64,000 nt of DNA from Dehalococcoidia bacterium (GCA_963665215.2 CAXXWW010000003.1:94526-158525), one strand, 5' to 3'. Positions 1 to 9,811 are shown, numbered from the stretch's first letter. Notes: generated by a model from the sequence alone, not told the origin. A program made the numbers and translations.

Positions 1-108
1 AAGCCACTTGTATCCAGTCGTAGGGCTGATCCCGAAGCGACGGCAAAGGCCCCTTTTGTTGGTGCCTTCAGCCTGCGCCAGCTCCACGAACTCTCTCCTC
101 TGAGACAT
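1..108 (-). CDS. IS481-like (integrase-core) transposase, N-terminal HTH part only; gene runs off the window start
   Basis: Minus-strand ATG at 108 with AAGGAG 9 nt upstream. Translation MSQRREFVELAQAEGTNKRGLCRRFGISPTTGYKWL resembles the HTH N-terminus of IS481-family transposases. Absent from the ORF track because it is truncated. Confidence 0.45.
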   Translation of the reverse strand, partial: MSQRREFVELAQAEGTNKRGLCRRFGISPTTGYKWL

Positions 109-319
109 AACGGACATCTCCTTCCATGGCATGACCACCTCCTTGTAATGAAGTCATGCCTATTATGGTGTCCACCATGTCCCCGAACATGTGTAAGCTA
201 TGTCCCCGGTCTATACAGTGGGGGTCTGGGGGATACCCCCCAGATTGACTCAATTCCCCCTCTCCCTTGCCAAGGGAGAGGGGGATACAGGGGGTGAGGG
301 TTTCGTTTGAGGCTCTAAG

Positions 320-2038
320 CCCGAATCCACCGAAGGACACCGATGGACGGCGTGAGGAAAGCGGAAGGGGGGTGAGGGAGCTACAGGGGAAATAGCCTGG
401 GTTCCATTTGGGGTAGGGAGGTCGGCGGACGGTCTTCATCGCCGCACAGGGGCCCCTATGGCCGTCTGCGGGAGCTGCGATGCGCGGGATGGCGAGAGAA
501 TACGCAGCAGGGAACTCTCTCGGACCGGGCTGGCACGAGTCTGCGGGGATCTTCGGTTGTCCGGTGGGTGGGTCGGTCGCCGACGGTGCCGTCAGGCCGG
601 GAGTGGAATGGCTCGCAGCCGGGCCAAGGCGCGGCTGAACTTCTCAGCCCAAGGCCAGCGATCCGGAAGATGCAGGGTCAACCGGCGTGCCGAGCGGGTG
701 AGCCGTCCGGCCAGGGAGAAGAACCGCCGCCGGAGGGTCTTGGTGGTGGCTATCCGCTCTCCCAGACCGATCCGCGCCGTCCAGCGGGCCAGGTTGTGGG
801 CCATCGTCTGGACGGCCAGCCAGGCGCCGTTGGCGGCGAAGCGGCCCGAGGGGAGATGGTTCAGCCCGACGCCGTACTTGAGGTCGCGTATGGCATTCTC
901 GATCTCGGCGTGGCGGCGATGGTCAGCCTCCAGTTCGAGCAACTCCCCGTCCCGGTCGGTGATGAAGCCATGATAGCTGTATTTGGCGAAGAGGGCCAGT
1001 TGGGAACCGGGCGTCGGCTTCACCCGCCGGACGATGAGCCGTACCGGCGCGGCGTCCGCCTCGGCCTGGAAGGGGGTGCAGGTGGTCTCGGCCACATCGG
1101 CGGCGCCGTCCATCCAGTAAGGAATCGGCGTCCAGGCATCTTCGGGTATCGCCTCGATGAGATTGTGCAGGCTTTTGTGCTGGCGGATGGTGATGGAGAA
1201 GCGGACATCCATCTTGCGGCAGACGGATACCACGCCATGAGTGTAGAACCCGCTGTCGGCCCGTAGCGTGAGTCGTCCGTTGGCCCCAGCGTAGCGCACC
1301 CGTCCCACCGTCTCCCGCAGGAAGTGGGCGGCGCCGCGGGCGGTGTTGGCCCGGCCCTCGCGCAGCCGGGACATCAGCACGTCTCCGGTGCCGGCGGCGA
1401 TGGCCAGCAGCGGGTGGTAGCCCCGCTTGCCGGTATAGCCGTGGTGGCGCGCTCCCTCCTTGGCCAGTCCGTAGGTCTCGCAGATGGTGGAGTCCAGGTC
1501 AATGGTCAGGGGCCCGTCGCCGGGTCCCGCCCCGGCCTGCCAAGCCCGGGCCAGCAACTCGCGGCTCACCCGGTCGAGTTGACGGACGTGGCCCCACCGG
1601 AAGCTGCGCAGGAAGGTGCCCAGGGTGGATGGCGCCTTCACCGTGCCGCCCAGGGTGCAGGCCGTCCCCCCGGTGCGCAACACATCGGCGTCGTCAATGC
1701 AGTCGCCCCCAGCCAGCGCAGACGCCACCAGCGTCATCATCTTGTCGCTCGTGTTCGCCCGCCCCGGGGCATCGCCCAGGTCGAGGCGCTGCCGGACGAG
1801 TTCGGGCAGGCCGAGGTGCCGCGCCAGGGTGGCCGGAAGGAGCAGCCCGGCATTGGCCACCAAGCGGCGGTCGTCGAAGGTGATTTGGATCCGGTCGGGG
1901 TGGTTGCGTGGCAGCATCTACTGGGTGCTCCTTTTCCGGGGCCGTTTTTTTGCTACAAAACCATTATCCCAGAAGCACAGGAGCACCTTCTTGCCGCCTC
2001 AGGACGCTAACCCGACGCCCTCCTTCGGTGGATTCGGG
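320..2038 (-). mobile_element. IS1380-family insertion sequence, copy 1 (1719 bp)
   Basis: Terminal inverted repeats CCCGAATCCACCGAAGGA (320-337) and TCCTTCGGTGGATTCGGG (2021-2038). Flanked by CTAAG at 315-319 and 2039-2043. Same-length copies at 40111-41829 and 50356-52074. Confidence 0.9.
592..1917 (-). CDS. IS1380-family DDE transposase (441 aa)
   Basis: 441-aa ORF MLPRNHPDRIQITFDDRRLVANAGLLLPATL...; identical protein in copies 3 and 4; lies between the IS inverted repeats. Confidence 0.92.
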   Translation of the reverse strand: MLPRNHPDRIQITFDDRRLVANAGLLLPATLARHLGLPELVRQRLDLGDAPGRANTSDKMMTLVASALAGGDCIDDADVLRTGGTACTLGGTVKAPSTLGTFLRSFRWGHVRQLDRVSRELLARAWQAGAGPGDGPLTIDLDSTICETYGLAKEGARHHGYTGKRGYHPLLAIAAGTGDVLMSRLREGRANTARGAAHFLRETVGRVRYAGANGRLTLRADSGFYTHGVVSVCRKMDVRFSITIRQHKSLHNLIEAIPEDAWTPIPYWMDGAADVAETTCTPFQAEADAAPVRLIVRRVKPTPGSQLALFAKYSYHGFITDRDGELLELEADHRRHAEIENAIRDLKYGVGLNHLPSGRFAANGAWLAVQTMAHNLARWTARIGLGERIATTKTLRRRFFSLAGRLTRSARRLTLHLPDRWPWAEKFSRALARLRAIPLPA

Positions 2039-2324
2039 CTAAGTGACACCTGCTTTGACATTCATTTCAAAGGTGGACAATAGTGGCGCGGAATTCTTAC
2101 CGCGGAGTTAGTAATTAGGAGGCAAGCCATTGTATTCTCAAGTACTAAGGGTCAACATCCAGCCAGGCAAGATGGACGAAGCAATTGCTATTTTCAAGGA
2201 CTCTGTAGCGCCAGCCATTCATGGGTGGAGCGGCTTGCAGATTGGCCGTATGCTGGTAGACCGTGCGGGAAACAAGATTATGGCTGTCAGTTTCTGGGAC
2301 AGTCAGGCAGATGAGGCTAGTGGT

Positions 2325-3471
2325 TCAACGTTTTTGTATTGATGGGTAGAGTGACTTTAGCTTGATGCGCGCATCCTCGGTAGTGAAGCGCCAATCCACT
2401 CGTATCACATCCCGGTTGCGTTGATTCTGCCAAGCATTGACCTCGCCGCGCAGGATGTCTTGATTGGCAATCCGTCGGTCCAGGCACTGTCGAGCCAGCA
2501 CACCGATCTCTATCTCCGCCATATTCAACCAACTCCCGTGTTTGGGAGTGTAGTGTATCTCCAGTCGCTCAGCTATACGCCTCGCCTCAGCAGGCTCGAA
2601 TGCCTCGTATAGCGAGGACAGCTTGTGAGTGTTGAGATTGTCCATTACCAGCACGATCCGGTCTCTGTCAGGGTAGTCCTCGTCGACCAGTTCCTTTATC
2701 ACATGCGCCCAGTCCACCTTCGTGCGACGCTCTCTGACCTCGACTCGGCGCCATCCGTCCAACGGTGCAAACAGCATGAACAGGCTGCTCACTCCATTGC
2801 GCTCGTATTCGTAGTCGTATGCCGCCGATAAGCCGGGCGCTGCGGGACGCGGCACTCGCGTCTCCTTGACTTGCTGTTTGCTCGTCTCATCCATGCACAC
2901 CAGAACCTCATTCCCATCGTACGGCCGTTGGTAGACCTCCAGTACGTCTTCCATCGCGCACACAAACTCCGCGCTCTGACCGGGCGGGATGCACCAACTC
3001 TGCTTCAGCCACGGCTTCAGTTCGTTTTTTTTTAAGCGCCTGGCGAACCGTCTCGGTGCTAATGGTCCCGACTATCTCACACTCGACCAACTGGTCAGCC
3101 AACAGCTTCAGGGTCCAACTGGCACGCCCCTCCGGCGGTTCCCCGCAGGCCATCGCTATCAACCGTGCTTCACCTTCGCCGTCCAGTCTCTTTTGACGCC
3201 GACGCAGTTGCTTTTTGCGATTCAGCGCAGACTCGACCCCCTCCTCCACACAGCGCTTGCGTATTCGCTCGACCGTTGACTGTCCCACACCGAGCGCGCT
3301 GGTGATGTCCGCGTCCTTCATTCCCCCGTCCGAGCGTGACTCATCGCTCATCAGCAGAATGCGCGCATGGGTCTGTTTGTACGCCGCAGCCCGACCGCGT
3401 GAGACCAAGGCGTTGAGTTCCTGTTGTTCGTCGGTAGTCAGTCTGATACGGTACTTCTTGGTAGACATCAT
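2325..3471 (-). CDS. IS630-family transposase; needs recoding (A9 run) to join the HTH part to the DDE part
   Basis: The upstream frame gives MMSTKKYRIRLTTDEQQELNALV...QALKKK. Dropping one A gives LKKNELKPWLKQSWCIPPGQSAEFVCAMEDVLEVYQRPYD..., continuous with the 212-aa DDE ORF (2325-2963). GGAGGA lies upstream of the ATG at 3471. Confidence 0.85.
3025..3033 (-). promoter_or_regulatory. A9 (T9 on + strand) slippery run at the IS630 orfA/orfB frame junction
   Basis: Nine consecutive T at 3025-3033. The same run is at 53409-53417 in copy 2. The frame change lies exactly here. Confidence 0.6.
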
Positions 3472-3681
3472 GGTTCCTCCTCGGTTCAACGTTACGATTG
3501 AACCCCCAAGAGGAACAATGACTATCATGGTATTCATTTCAATGATGTTGGACCACTAGTCTCACGTCGAGTGGTCCCTACCAGGAGCAGGTTGCCAAAT
3601 TAGCAGCCTTGTTCGCTGGCCCGCCAGAAGTTGACGTTTATGAGGAGGCAGTAGAGGTGTAGGGCTGTCTGGGGGAGACCA

Positions 3682-4467
3682 ATGAACAACGGGCGGCCCT
3701 TCCGGCTAGGCTACAACACCAACTCCTGGGGGCGCACACCGGACCTGGACGCGATGCTGGGCGACATCGCCGGCGCCGGATGGGAGGGGGTGGAGTTTAT
3801 AGGTCTCTCCCTCGACTGGCTGGGGACGCCCCGCCACCTGAGGGGCCTTCTCGACAAGCACGGCCTGGAGGCGTCCGCTGTGTTCGGTCGCCTGGACAGC
3901 CTGGGGGACGACGCCGAGCAGATGCTCGAGCGGGAGAGACGTCGGATCGAACATGCGGCCGAGCTGGGCTGCAAGGTCTACCCATTCACGGGCCCGCCGC
4001 GCGTGCCGCGCTGCCTGCCCGCCGACGACGAGTTCAAGCGGCTGGGTGAGCAGGCGGAGACGCTGATCGACCACGCCGCCGGCCTCGGCCAGACACTTGC
4101 GTTCCATGCCCATCCCAACACCGTGGTGGAGACCGAGGCGGAGCAGGACCGTCTTTTTTCATACGCCGGTCGGTTGCAGGTCTGCGTGGACGTGTCGATA
4201 GCGGCCCTGATGCGAGAGGATGCGGTCGCCCAGCTCCGCAAGTACCGCGACCGCCTGGGCTACGTCCACATGAAGGATGTGGCCCCGGGCAAGTTCTGCA
4301 TAATGGGCCGGGGTATGGGCCTGCTCGATTTTGGTCTGATTCGACAGACGCTGCTTGACATCGGATACAAAGGCTGGGTAGACGGTGAGCTTGGCAGCGG
4401 GGCCGACACCGGTACCGTAGAGTCATGCTATGCAAATCGAGAATACCTGCGATCGCTGGGCTACTGA
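3682..4467 (+). CDS. Sugar phosphate isomerase/epimerase (xylose-isomerase-like TIM barrel) family protein
   Basis: 261-aa ORF. The general pattern (NSWG..., HAHPNTVVETE, VHMKD, GELG) is typical of AP-endonuclease-2/xylose-isomerase-like TIM barrels. Confidence 0.75.
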   Translation: MNNGRPFRLGYNTNSWGRTPDLDAMLGDIAGAGWEGVEFIGLSLDWLGTPRHLRGLLDKHGLEASAVFGRLDSLGDDAEQMLERERRRIEHAAELGCKVYPFTGPPRVPRCLPADDEFKRLGEQAETLIDHAAGLGQTLAFHAHPNTVVETEAEQDRLFSYAGRLQVCVDVSIAALMREDAVAQLRKYRDRLGYVHMKDVAPGKFCIMGRGMGLLDFGLIRQTLLDIGYKGWVDGELGSGADTGTVESCYANREYLRSLGY

Positions 4468-4475
4468 TCGGCCCG

Positions 4476-4700
4476 TCCCGCGCTAGCAGGCTGATGAAGA
4501 ATGGGGGAGTGCAGAGGGGGGAAAACCCCCGGCGCCTGTCCTGAGTAGCCCTTCCATGGTGGAATGGCGTACCGGAGGGAGCCTGCCGAAGGGCCGGGAG
4601 TCTGAGAGCCTGCCCTGAGCAACGCCGAAGGGGTGTCCCTCAGATTTGGTTTTTTCCCCCTTCCTGGCCAGAGCCTGCCGAAGGAAAGGGGCACAGGGGG
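4476..4700. repeat. GC-rich palindromic intergenic repeat (REP/MITE-like), copy a
   Basis: Shares CTAGCAGGCTGAT...GGGGAGTGCAGAGGGG..CCCCGGCGCCTGTCCTGAG with 7539-7625. Shares CCTGTCCTGAGTAGCCCTTCCATGGTGGAATGGCGTA..GAAGGG with 9850-9920. Confidence 0.7.
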
Positions 4701-4762
4701 ATTGGTCGAGAGGTCTCTCAGCACCCTGCCAGATCCATCCTAGCATCAAGGAGGGTACACAG

Positions 4763-6007
4763 GTGGAAAAGGTCCCGCTTTGTGTCATCGGCTGCGGCGG
4801 CATGGGCCACCGCCACATCCTGGGCTACAAGGAGCTGGAAGATAGCGGCATCTCCAATATCGAGGTTGTGGCCGTCTGCGACACGCAGCGCCAAAACGCC
4901 GAGCTGGGTGCAAGAGAGGTCGAGCGACTCTTCGGCAAGAGGCCCATGGTGTACACCAACATCGATGACGTGCTGGCGAACTCCGAGATTGCCGCCGTGG
5001 ATGTCGTCACCGATCCGTCGAGCCACCACACCGTGGCGGTCCCGGCGCTCGAGGCCGGCGTGCACGCCATCGTCGAAAAGCCGCTGGGCATAACCATACG
5101 CGCATGCCTTGCGATCATGGACGCGGCCGAACGCGGTGGCGTTGTGCTGGCAACGGCGGAGAATCTGAGGCGCGACCCACCCAACCGACTGGTGCGGGGT
5201 ATTATCGACGAAGGGCTGCTGGGCGACCCCTACTACATGGTCCACAACACGCTGGGCGGCGACGATCTCATTAGAATTACACCGTGGCGCCACCTCAAGG
5301 AGAAAGGCGCCATCGGCCTCGACTACGCCGTCCACATGGCCGACATCGTCCAGTACTACATGGGCGAATTCGAGGAGGTATACGGCCGCGGCATGATCGT
5401 GGAGCCGGTCCGCCGGCGGCCGGAGAGGGAGAGCAGCACCCTGGAGTCCTATCAGACGCGCTTCAAGTCCTACCCTGAATCGGTCCAGGCCACGGGCGAG
5501 GACTCGGTAATCGCCATGTACAGGATGAGCTCCGGCGCGATGGTCGCAATGGCTTATATCTCCTCGGGCCGCGGCGGCGCGGAGTTCGAGCGCAGCGTCC
5601 ACGGACGGTGGGGGGCCATTCACGCGCCCGGAGACCGCAACGGCAAGCCCGTTATCCTACGACTGGAGGACCGGGAGCTGCGTGGCCAGGACATCTTGCC
5701 TCTCCTGCCCAACTTCCATATGAACGAGATCACCGAGCGGCTCTTCGGCGCGGACACTGTCGTCTACGACCTCCCGGCCCGGCCTATAGACGTCAAGCAC
5801 ATGGCGATTGAGTTCCACGACTTCGGCCAGGCCATATTGCAGGGCGGCCGGCCCGAGGTGGATGGACTTCATGGGACGACGGCGGTCGCGGCGGTCCTCG
5901 GGGCCTATGAGTCGGCCCTGGCCGGGAGAGCTGTCAGCATCCGCGAGCTTCTCTCGGGAGAGGTCCGGGCATACCAGGAGGATATCGACGAGGCCCTTGG
6001 CCTCTGA
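4763..6007 (+). CDS. Gfo/Idh/MocA-family NAD(P)-dependent oxidoreductase
   Basis: GTG at 4763 behind AAGGAGGG. N-terminus VEKVPLCVIGCGGMGHRH (Rossmann GxGxxG) followed by EKPL. The upstream part of the track ORF lies inside the repeat element. Confidence 0.85.
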   Translation: MEKVPLCVIGCGGMGHRHILGYKELEDSGISNIEVVAVCDTQRQNAELGAREVERLFGKRPMVYTNIDDVLANSEIAAVDVVTDPSSHHTVAVPALEAGVHAIVEKPLGITIRACLAIMDAAERGGVVLATAENLRRDPPNRLVRGIIDEGLLGDPYYMVHNTLGGDDLIRITPWRHLKEKGAIGLDYAVHMADIVQYYMGEFEEVYGRGMIVEPVRRRPERESSTLESYQTRFKSYPESVQATGEDSVIAMYRMSSGAMVAMAYISSGRGGAEFERSVHGRWGAIHAPGDRNGKPVILRLEDRELRGQDILPLLPNFHMNEITERLFGADTVVYDLPARPIDVKHMAIEFHDFGQAILQGGRPEVDGLHGTTAVAAVLGAYESALAGRAVSIRELLSGEVRAYQEDIDEALGL

Positions 6008-6167
6008 GCGCCCTCCAACAGCCACGGAAGTCCCGGAGCCGCCTTTCGGACGGCGTTGCGCCCGACCTCTACGAGCGGGCGCGGGTTCGGTGCCGTCCCG
6101 TACCAAAAGTTGTATAATCCCGGCGAAGCCTTGCTTCGGCCAGCAATCGTTCGAGGAGGGACCAGCC

Positions 6168-7490
6168 ATGGCGAGCGATACCGACCGCGTCCTCAAGACC
6201 GTCGACGACATGAAACAGGAGATCGTGGACGGGTTGATTAGTCTGGTCCAGGTGCCTAGCGTTAACCCCAAGTACCCCGGCGTGGACTTCGACGAGGTCC
6301 TGGGCGGCGAGAGCGAGGCCAACGAGATCATCGCCGGTTTGTACAGGGGGATTGGGGCCGACGTCGACGTCTGGGCAGAAGAGCCCAAGCGCAACAACGT
6401 CGTGGGCACGATCAAGGGGACGGGCGGCGGCAGGTCTCTGATCTTCAACGGACACATCGATACGGTCCCCACCGGGCGGCATGAGGACTGGAAGTTTCAG
6501 AACCCCTTCAGCGGACGGATAGAGGACAACAACATCTACGGCCGCGGGGCCTGCGACATGAAGGGCGGCCTTGTGGCCCAGGCGATGGCCGCCACCGCCA
6601 TGCAAAGGGCCGGCGTGAGGCTCCGAGGCGACCTTATCCTCGAGAGCGTCGTCGGCGAGGAGGTGATGGATCACGAGGCCGGCACGACGGCGACGGTTCG
6701 CCGCGGCTACACGGCCGACGCGGCCATCGTGTCCGAGCCGTCCGCGTCGGGCGAGACCCCGCTTACCGTGGTCCCCGTCAGCCCTGGGCTGCTGTGGATG
6801 GCCGTCACGTGCGTGGGCAAGGCCAGCCACGCCTCCAACCGGGCCGAGACGATACGCGCCGGCGGGCCGGGCGCCGCGGTTGGCGTCAACGCCATCGACA
6901 AGGGCCACCTCATCTTCAACGCGCTGCTCAAGCTGGAGCAGGAGTGGGGGCTCACCAAGAAGCACCACCTGTTCAATCCCGGCCATTTTGTGCTGCATCC
7001 GGGCGTGATAACCGGGGGCCCGCACGGCGTCCTGGTGCCCTTCATCATCTCCGAGTTCACCACCATCGAGTACGCCATCTGGTACCACCCCGAAGAGGAC
7101 GTCGAGGCCGTCAAGAAAGAGGTCGAGGAGTACATTCGGCATGCGGCGGCGATGGATGAATGGCTCAGGGACAATCCTCCCCAGGTCGAGTGGAAGCTGC
7201 ACTGGCCTCCCTTCAACATCAAGGAGGACCATCCGATCGTCCAGACCGTCATGTCCGCCCACGAGAAAGCGGCCAAGGGGACCCGGTTTGAAGGGCCCTC
7301 TGTTGTGGCGGGATTCTACGCGGTGGACGACGGCACGTTCCTGACGGCCAACGGGATTCCCGCCGTCACCTACGGGCCGGGCAGCATCCACCACGCCCAC
7401 ATGGTGGATGAGTTCGTGAACATCGACGAGCTGATCACGTCCACAAAGTCCTACGTGCTGGCGGCGATGGACTGGTGCGGAGTGGCGTAG
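6168..7490 (+). CDS. M20-family metallopeptidase (ArgE/DapE/succinyl-diaminopimelate desuccinylase-like)
   Basis: ATG at 6168 behind GAGGAGGG. Motifs LIFNGHIDTVP, GRGACDMKGG, VGEE and a C-terminal GPG..HHAH..DEFV are typical of the M20 family. Confidence 0.85.
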   Translation: MASDTDRVLKTVDDMKQEIVDGLISLVQVPSVNPKYPGVDFDEVLGGESEANEIIAGLYRGIGADVDVWAEEPKRNNVVGTIKGTGGGRSLIFNGHIDTVPTGRHEDWKFQNPFSGRIEDNNIYGRGACDMKGGLVAQAMAATAMQRAGVRLRGDLILESVVGEEVMDHEAGTTATVRRGYTADAAIVSEPSASGETPLTVVPVSPGLLWMAVTCVGKASHASNRAETIRAGGPGAAVGVNAIDKGHLIFNALLKLEQEWGLTKKHHLFNPGHFVLHPGVITGGPHGVLVPFIISEFTTIEYAIWYHPEEDVEAVKKEVEEYIRHAAAMDEWLRDNPPQVEWKLHWPPFNIKEDHPIVQTVMSAHEKAAKGTRFEGPSVVAGFYAVDDGTFLTANGIPAVTYGPGSIHHAHMVDEFVNIDELITSTKSYVLAAMDWCGVA

Positions 7491-7538
7491 CTCCAGCGGC
7501 GAGGGCCCGCTGTCGACGGGACCGCTCTCGCTGTGCAC

Positions 7539-7670
7539 TAGCAGGCTGATCCCGCCACAGGCGGGCGGATGGGGAGTGCAGAGGGGTTAAGCCCCGGCGC
7601 CTGTCCTGAGCTTGTTGAAGGGCAAGGGGGATGGGGAATTCCCCATGCCCCCAAAGGGCGGGGGGGCGGG
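7539..7670. repeat. GC-rich palindromic intergenic repeat, copy b
   Basis: Begins immediately after the M20 gene with the same CTAGCAGGCTGAT...GGGGAGTGCAGAGGGG...CCCCGGCGCCTGTCCTGAG core as 4476-4560. Confidence 0.65.
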
Positions 7671-7925
7671 ATATGATGCCATCATTACCAAGGTTGACTT
7701 ACGACTAGTACCTATTTCAGGTGGATCTAACAACCTGTCGTTCTGAGCGGGAGCGAAGAACCTGGTGGGGTCGGGTACCAGGATAGCCCGACTAAGCCCG
7801 GCGGTGACACCACCCCAGGCTCATCGTCGCGCGGCTCCTCAGAATGACAATCAATTCTAGCTGGACAGAGTGCTAAGGCGAGGCAAGAGGACGTAGCAGA
7901 GTGAAGTCCCATCAGGAGGCCTTAC

Positions 7926-8975
7926 ATGGTTGTCAAAGTAACGGCTGAAGTTTCCAAAGGAATGAAGCGTTTCAGGGACGCCAGGGATCTTGGGTCCGAT
8001 TATCTGGCGGGGAAACAGCGGGCGGACGGAAGCTTCGAGGGCGTCGAGGATGGGGCGGGCGCGTACTGGGGTATACCGATCGCCCTCTTCGTGGGCGGCC
8101 ACTCCAACGCGGCGAACCGGCTCTTTAGCTGGATACGCAACAACGCCTTCACGCCGGACGGCGACATCGGTCCGAGCCCAGGAAGGCCGGGCCTGTACCA
8201 CTACCCCTATGAGAAGTCGTGGCTGATCGAGGGGGCTCACAGGCTCGCGCAGTTCGACCTGTCGCAGAAGGGCATGGACTTCATGCAGCGCTTCTGGGAC
8301 CCGGAGAGCGGCGGGTTCTACTCCAGCCCGTCGGAGCGGAGCGCCGAAACGAAGATGGACCTCTGGGTGACCAGCGGATGCGCCCGGGCCGCACTCTACA
8401 CCGGCAGGCTCGACGTCGCCAGAGGCGCCGCCCGGTGGATGAAGGACCTCATGGAGGCCCAGCCCAACTATCCCGAGCAGTTATACACGGTCTACAGCCG
8501 GGCGAAGGGGCTGTACACGACGCCTGACCCGGAAAGCGACGACATAAGGCGGATGCTCAAGTGGGCCATAGACACTCGGTACGTTCTGAACCAGGACGCG
8601 ACCCGTGACCAGACCTTTTACCACCCCGGAATCGCCGGCGGATTTCTCGCGCGCCTCTACCAGAGCACGGGCGAGGAGGAGTGGCTGGAGCTGTCGAAGG
8701 AGTATATGCGCTTCGCAGACGGGGCCAGCGACTACCTCTTCCGCATCCTCCGCGCCGGCAAGACCGGGTGGGCCGCCGCAGTGCTCTACACCATCACCGG
8801 TGAGCAGAAGTACAGGGACATGACCGTCCGCATCGGCGACAACATCATCGCCCTCCAATCGAAGGAGGGATTCTGGAGTGGCGCGCTGGAGAAGACGGAC
8901 ACGCCCGCACTCAACCTCTCCGCCGAGATGGTGGTCTGGCTGGACGAGATCTATCAGGCCGTGGGCCACGAGTAG
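7926..8975 (+). CDS. Hypothetical protein, possibly (alpha/alpha)6-toroid (six-hairpin) fold
   Basis: 349-aa ORF with AGGAGG upstream. The repeated W/Y-rich helical pattern suggests a six-hairpin fold; no catalytic motif recognised. Confidence 0.55.
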   Translation: MVVKVTAEVSKGMKRFRDARDLGSDYLAGKQRADGSFEGVEDGAGAYWGIPIALFVGGHSNAANRLFSWIRNNAFTPDGDIGPSPGRPGLYHYPYEKSWLIEGAHRLAQFDLSQKGMDFMQRFWDPESGGFYSSPSERSAETKMDLWVTSGCARAALYTGRLDVARGAARWMKDLMEAQPNYPEQLYTVYSRAKGLYTTPDPESDDIRRMLKWAIDTRYVLNQDATRDQTFYHPGIAGGFLARLYQSTGEEEWLELSKEYMRFADGASDYLFRILRAGKTGWAAAVLYTITGEQKYRDMTVRIGDNIIALQSKEGFWSGALEKTDTPALNLSAEMVVWLDEIYQAVGHE

Positions 8976-9167
8976 CAGTACCCGCTCCGGTACGGCCGGC
9001 CCATGACCAGGCTCTAGGGCTTGTAGATCTCGGCGGTGTTGGTGAGCGTGCCGACGCCGTCCCTATCCAGCGTGTCGCCGATGCTCTCCAACTTTGATCT
9101 GGGGGAGTCTTTTAGGCCAGCGCCCTCTTCAACCTGCCGGATCGGACCCAACAGATGAAATCCAGGC

Positions 9168-9557
9168 TCAGTTGCCCCCGCTCTGAACCACGATTGTGAA
9201 AGTAGTCCCATGCGCGATGTTGGTAATGGTAAAGGTTCCTGGTTGATCGAAGGTTAGCGTACGGTCCTCTTTGGTAAACTCACCTGTGTTTAACCCCAAT
9301 TCCTCATTGGACAGGGGGTGGCTCATAGTCTCGAGATTGCGGAAGATGACCGCTTCGCCGACCCCAATGGTCAATTTAGGTGGCTCGAAGTAACTGTGGC
9401 TTAATTCTACGACTTTAGGAGGCTGATCGACAGCACCTTCGCTGCCTGTTGGGCCTCCCGACTCGCCTCCACCGCAGCCTCCCACGGCCAGCAACAACAC
9501 CAGGCAGATTGCTCCTAAGAGAAGCTTGACGGGGACCATACAGGCCGATTGAAACAT
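9168..9557 (-). CDS. Cupredoxin-like lipoprotein
   Basis: ATG at 9557 behind GAAGGAG. Signal peptide with lipobox (LLLAVGGC). The C-terminal beta-rich domain (KLTIGVGEAVIFRNLETMSHPL...FTITNIAHGTTFTIVV) resembles the plastocyanin/cupredoxin fold. Confidence 0.6.
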   Translation of the reverse strand: MFQSACMVPVKLLLGAICLVLLLAVGGCGGGESGGPTGSEGAVDQPPKVVELSHSYFEPPKLTIGVGEAVIFRNLETMSHPLSNEELGLNTGEFTKEDRTLTFDQPGTFTITNIAHGTTFTIVVQSGGN

Positions 9558-9811
9558 TTCCCACTCCTTCACGATCGATCAGAACAGTGCAAACAAGATA
9601 AGACCTCAACGATACCCGCTACCCGGTGCTGCAAGAAGACTGCTAACTTATGGTCGATTTATCAGAGGACGGACCGGTAAGCCATTATACACGCCTGAGA
9701 ACTGCCGCTGGGACCTCCCTAAGTCGAGCATCACAGAGTGCCCAGCGTACAGAGTCCGCCCCTCCCAAATTGTGCCGGTGAGGCTAAGAGCTTCGAACAG
9801 TGCTCATTATT

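Larger units (their letters stand above)
2320..3556 (-). mobile_element. IS630-family insertion sequence, copy 1 (1237 bp)
   Basis: Inverted repeats GTGGTTCAAC (2320-2329) and GTTGGACCAC (3547-3556). TA on both sides (2318-2319, 3557-3558), as expected for IS630/Tc1. Identical copy at 52704-53940. Confidence 0.9.
2130..3662 (+). pseudogene. Small ABM/Dabb-like (antibiotic-biosynthesis-monooxygenase fold) gene split by IS630 copy 1
   Basis: The 5' part (2130-2319) encodes MYSQVLRVNIQPGKMDEAIAIFKDSVAPAIHGWSGLQIGRMLVDRAGNKIMAVSFWDSQADEA. Removing the IS and one TA joins it in frame to 3559-3662 (SLTSSGPYQEQVAKLAALFAGPPEVDVYEEAVEV*). Confidence 0.6.

Noticed and set aside
315-319. Idea that the CTAAG pentamer is part of the IS1380 inverted repeat rather than a target duplication.
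   Set aside because: Not fully rejected, but disfavoured. The pentamers are in direct orientation, not inverted. The diverged copy has TTAAG on both sides, and copy 5 has CTTAA directly abutting CCCGAATCC.
568-2010. Long plus-strand ORFs (232 aa, 228 aa, 171 aa) inside IS1380 copy 1, repeated in every copy (for example 40249-41570 and 50384-51936).
   Set aside because: They lie antisense to the transposase gene and have Arg/Gly/Pro/Ala-rich low-complexity composition typical of off-frame reading in high-GC DNA. They have no RBS or recognisable motifs.
4646-6167. N-terminal extensions of the track ORFs at 4646 (Gfo/Idh/MocA) and 5808 (M20 peptidase). The same issue affects 16716-17961 and 16671-16838 on the minus strand.
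   Set aside because: The extensions run through repeat elements or the preceding gene and are Arg/Pro-rich. Internal starts with good Shine-Dalgarno sequences give N-termini that match the families.
6069-7538. 489-aa minus-strand ORF.
   Set aside because: Antisense to the M20 peptidase gene, which carries clear family motifs.
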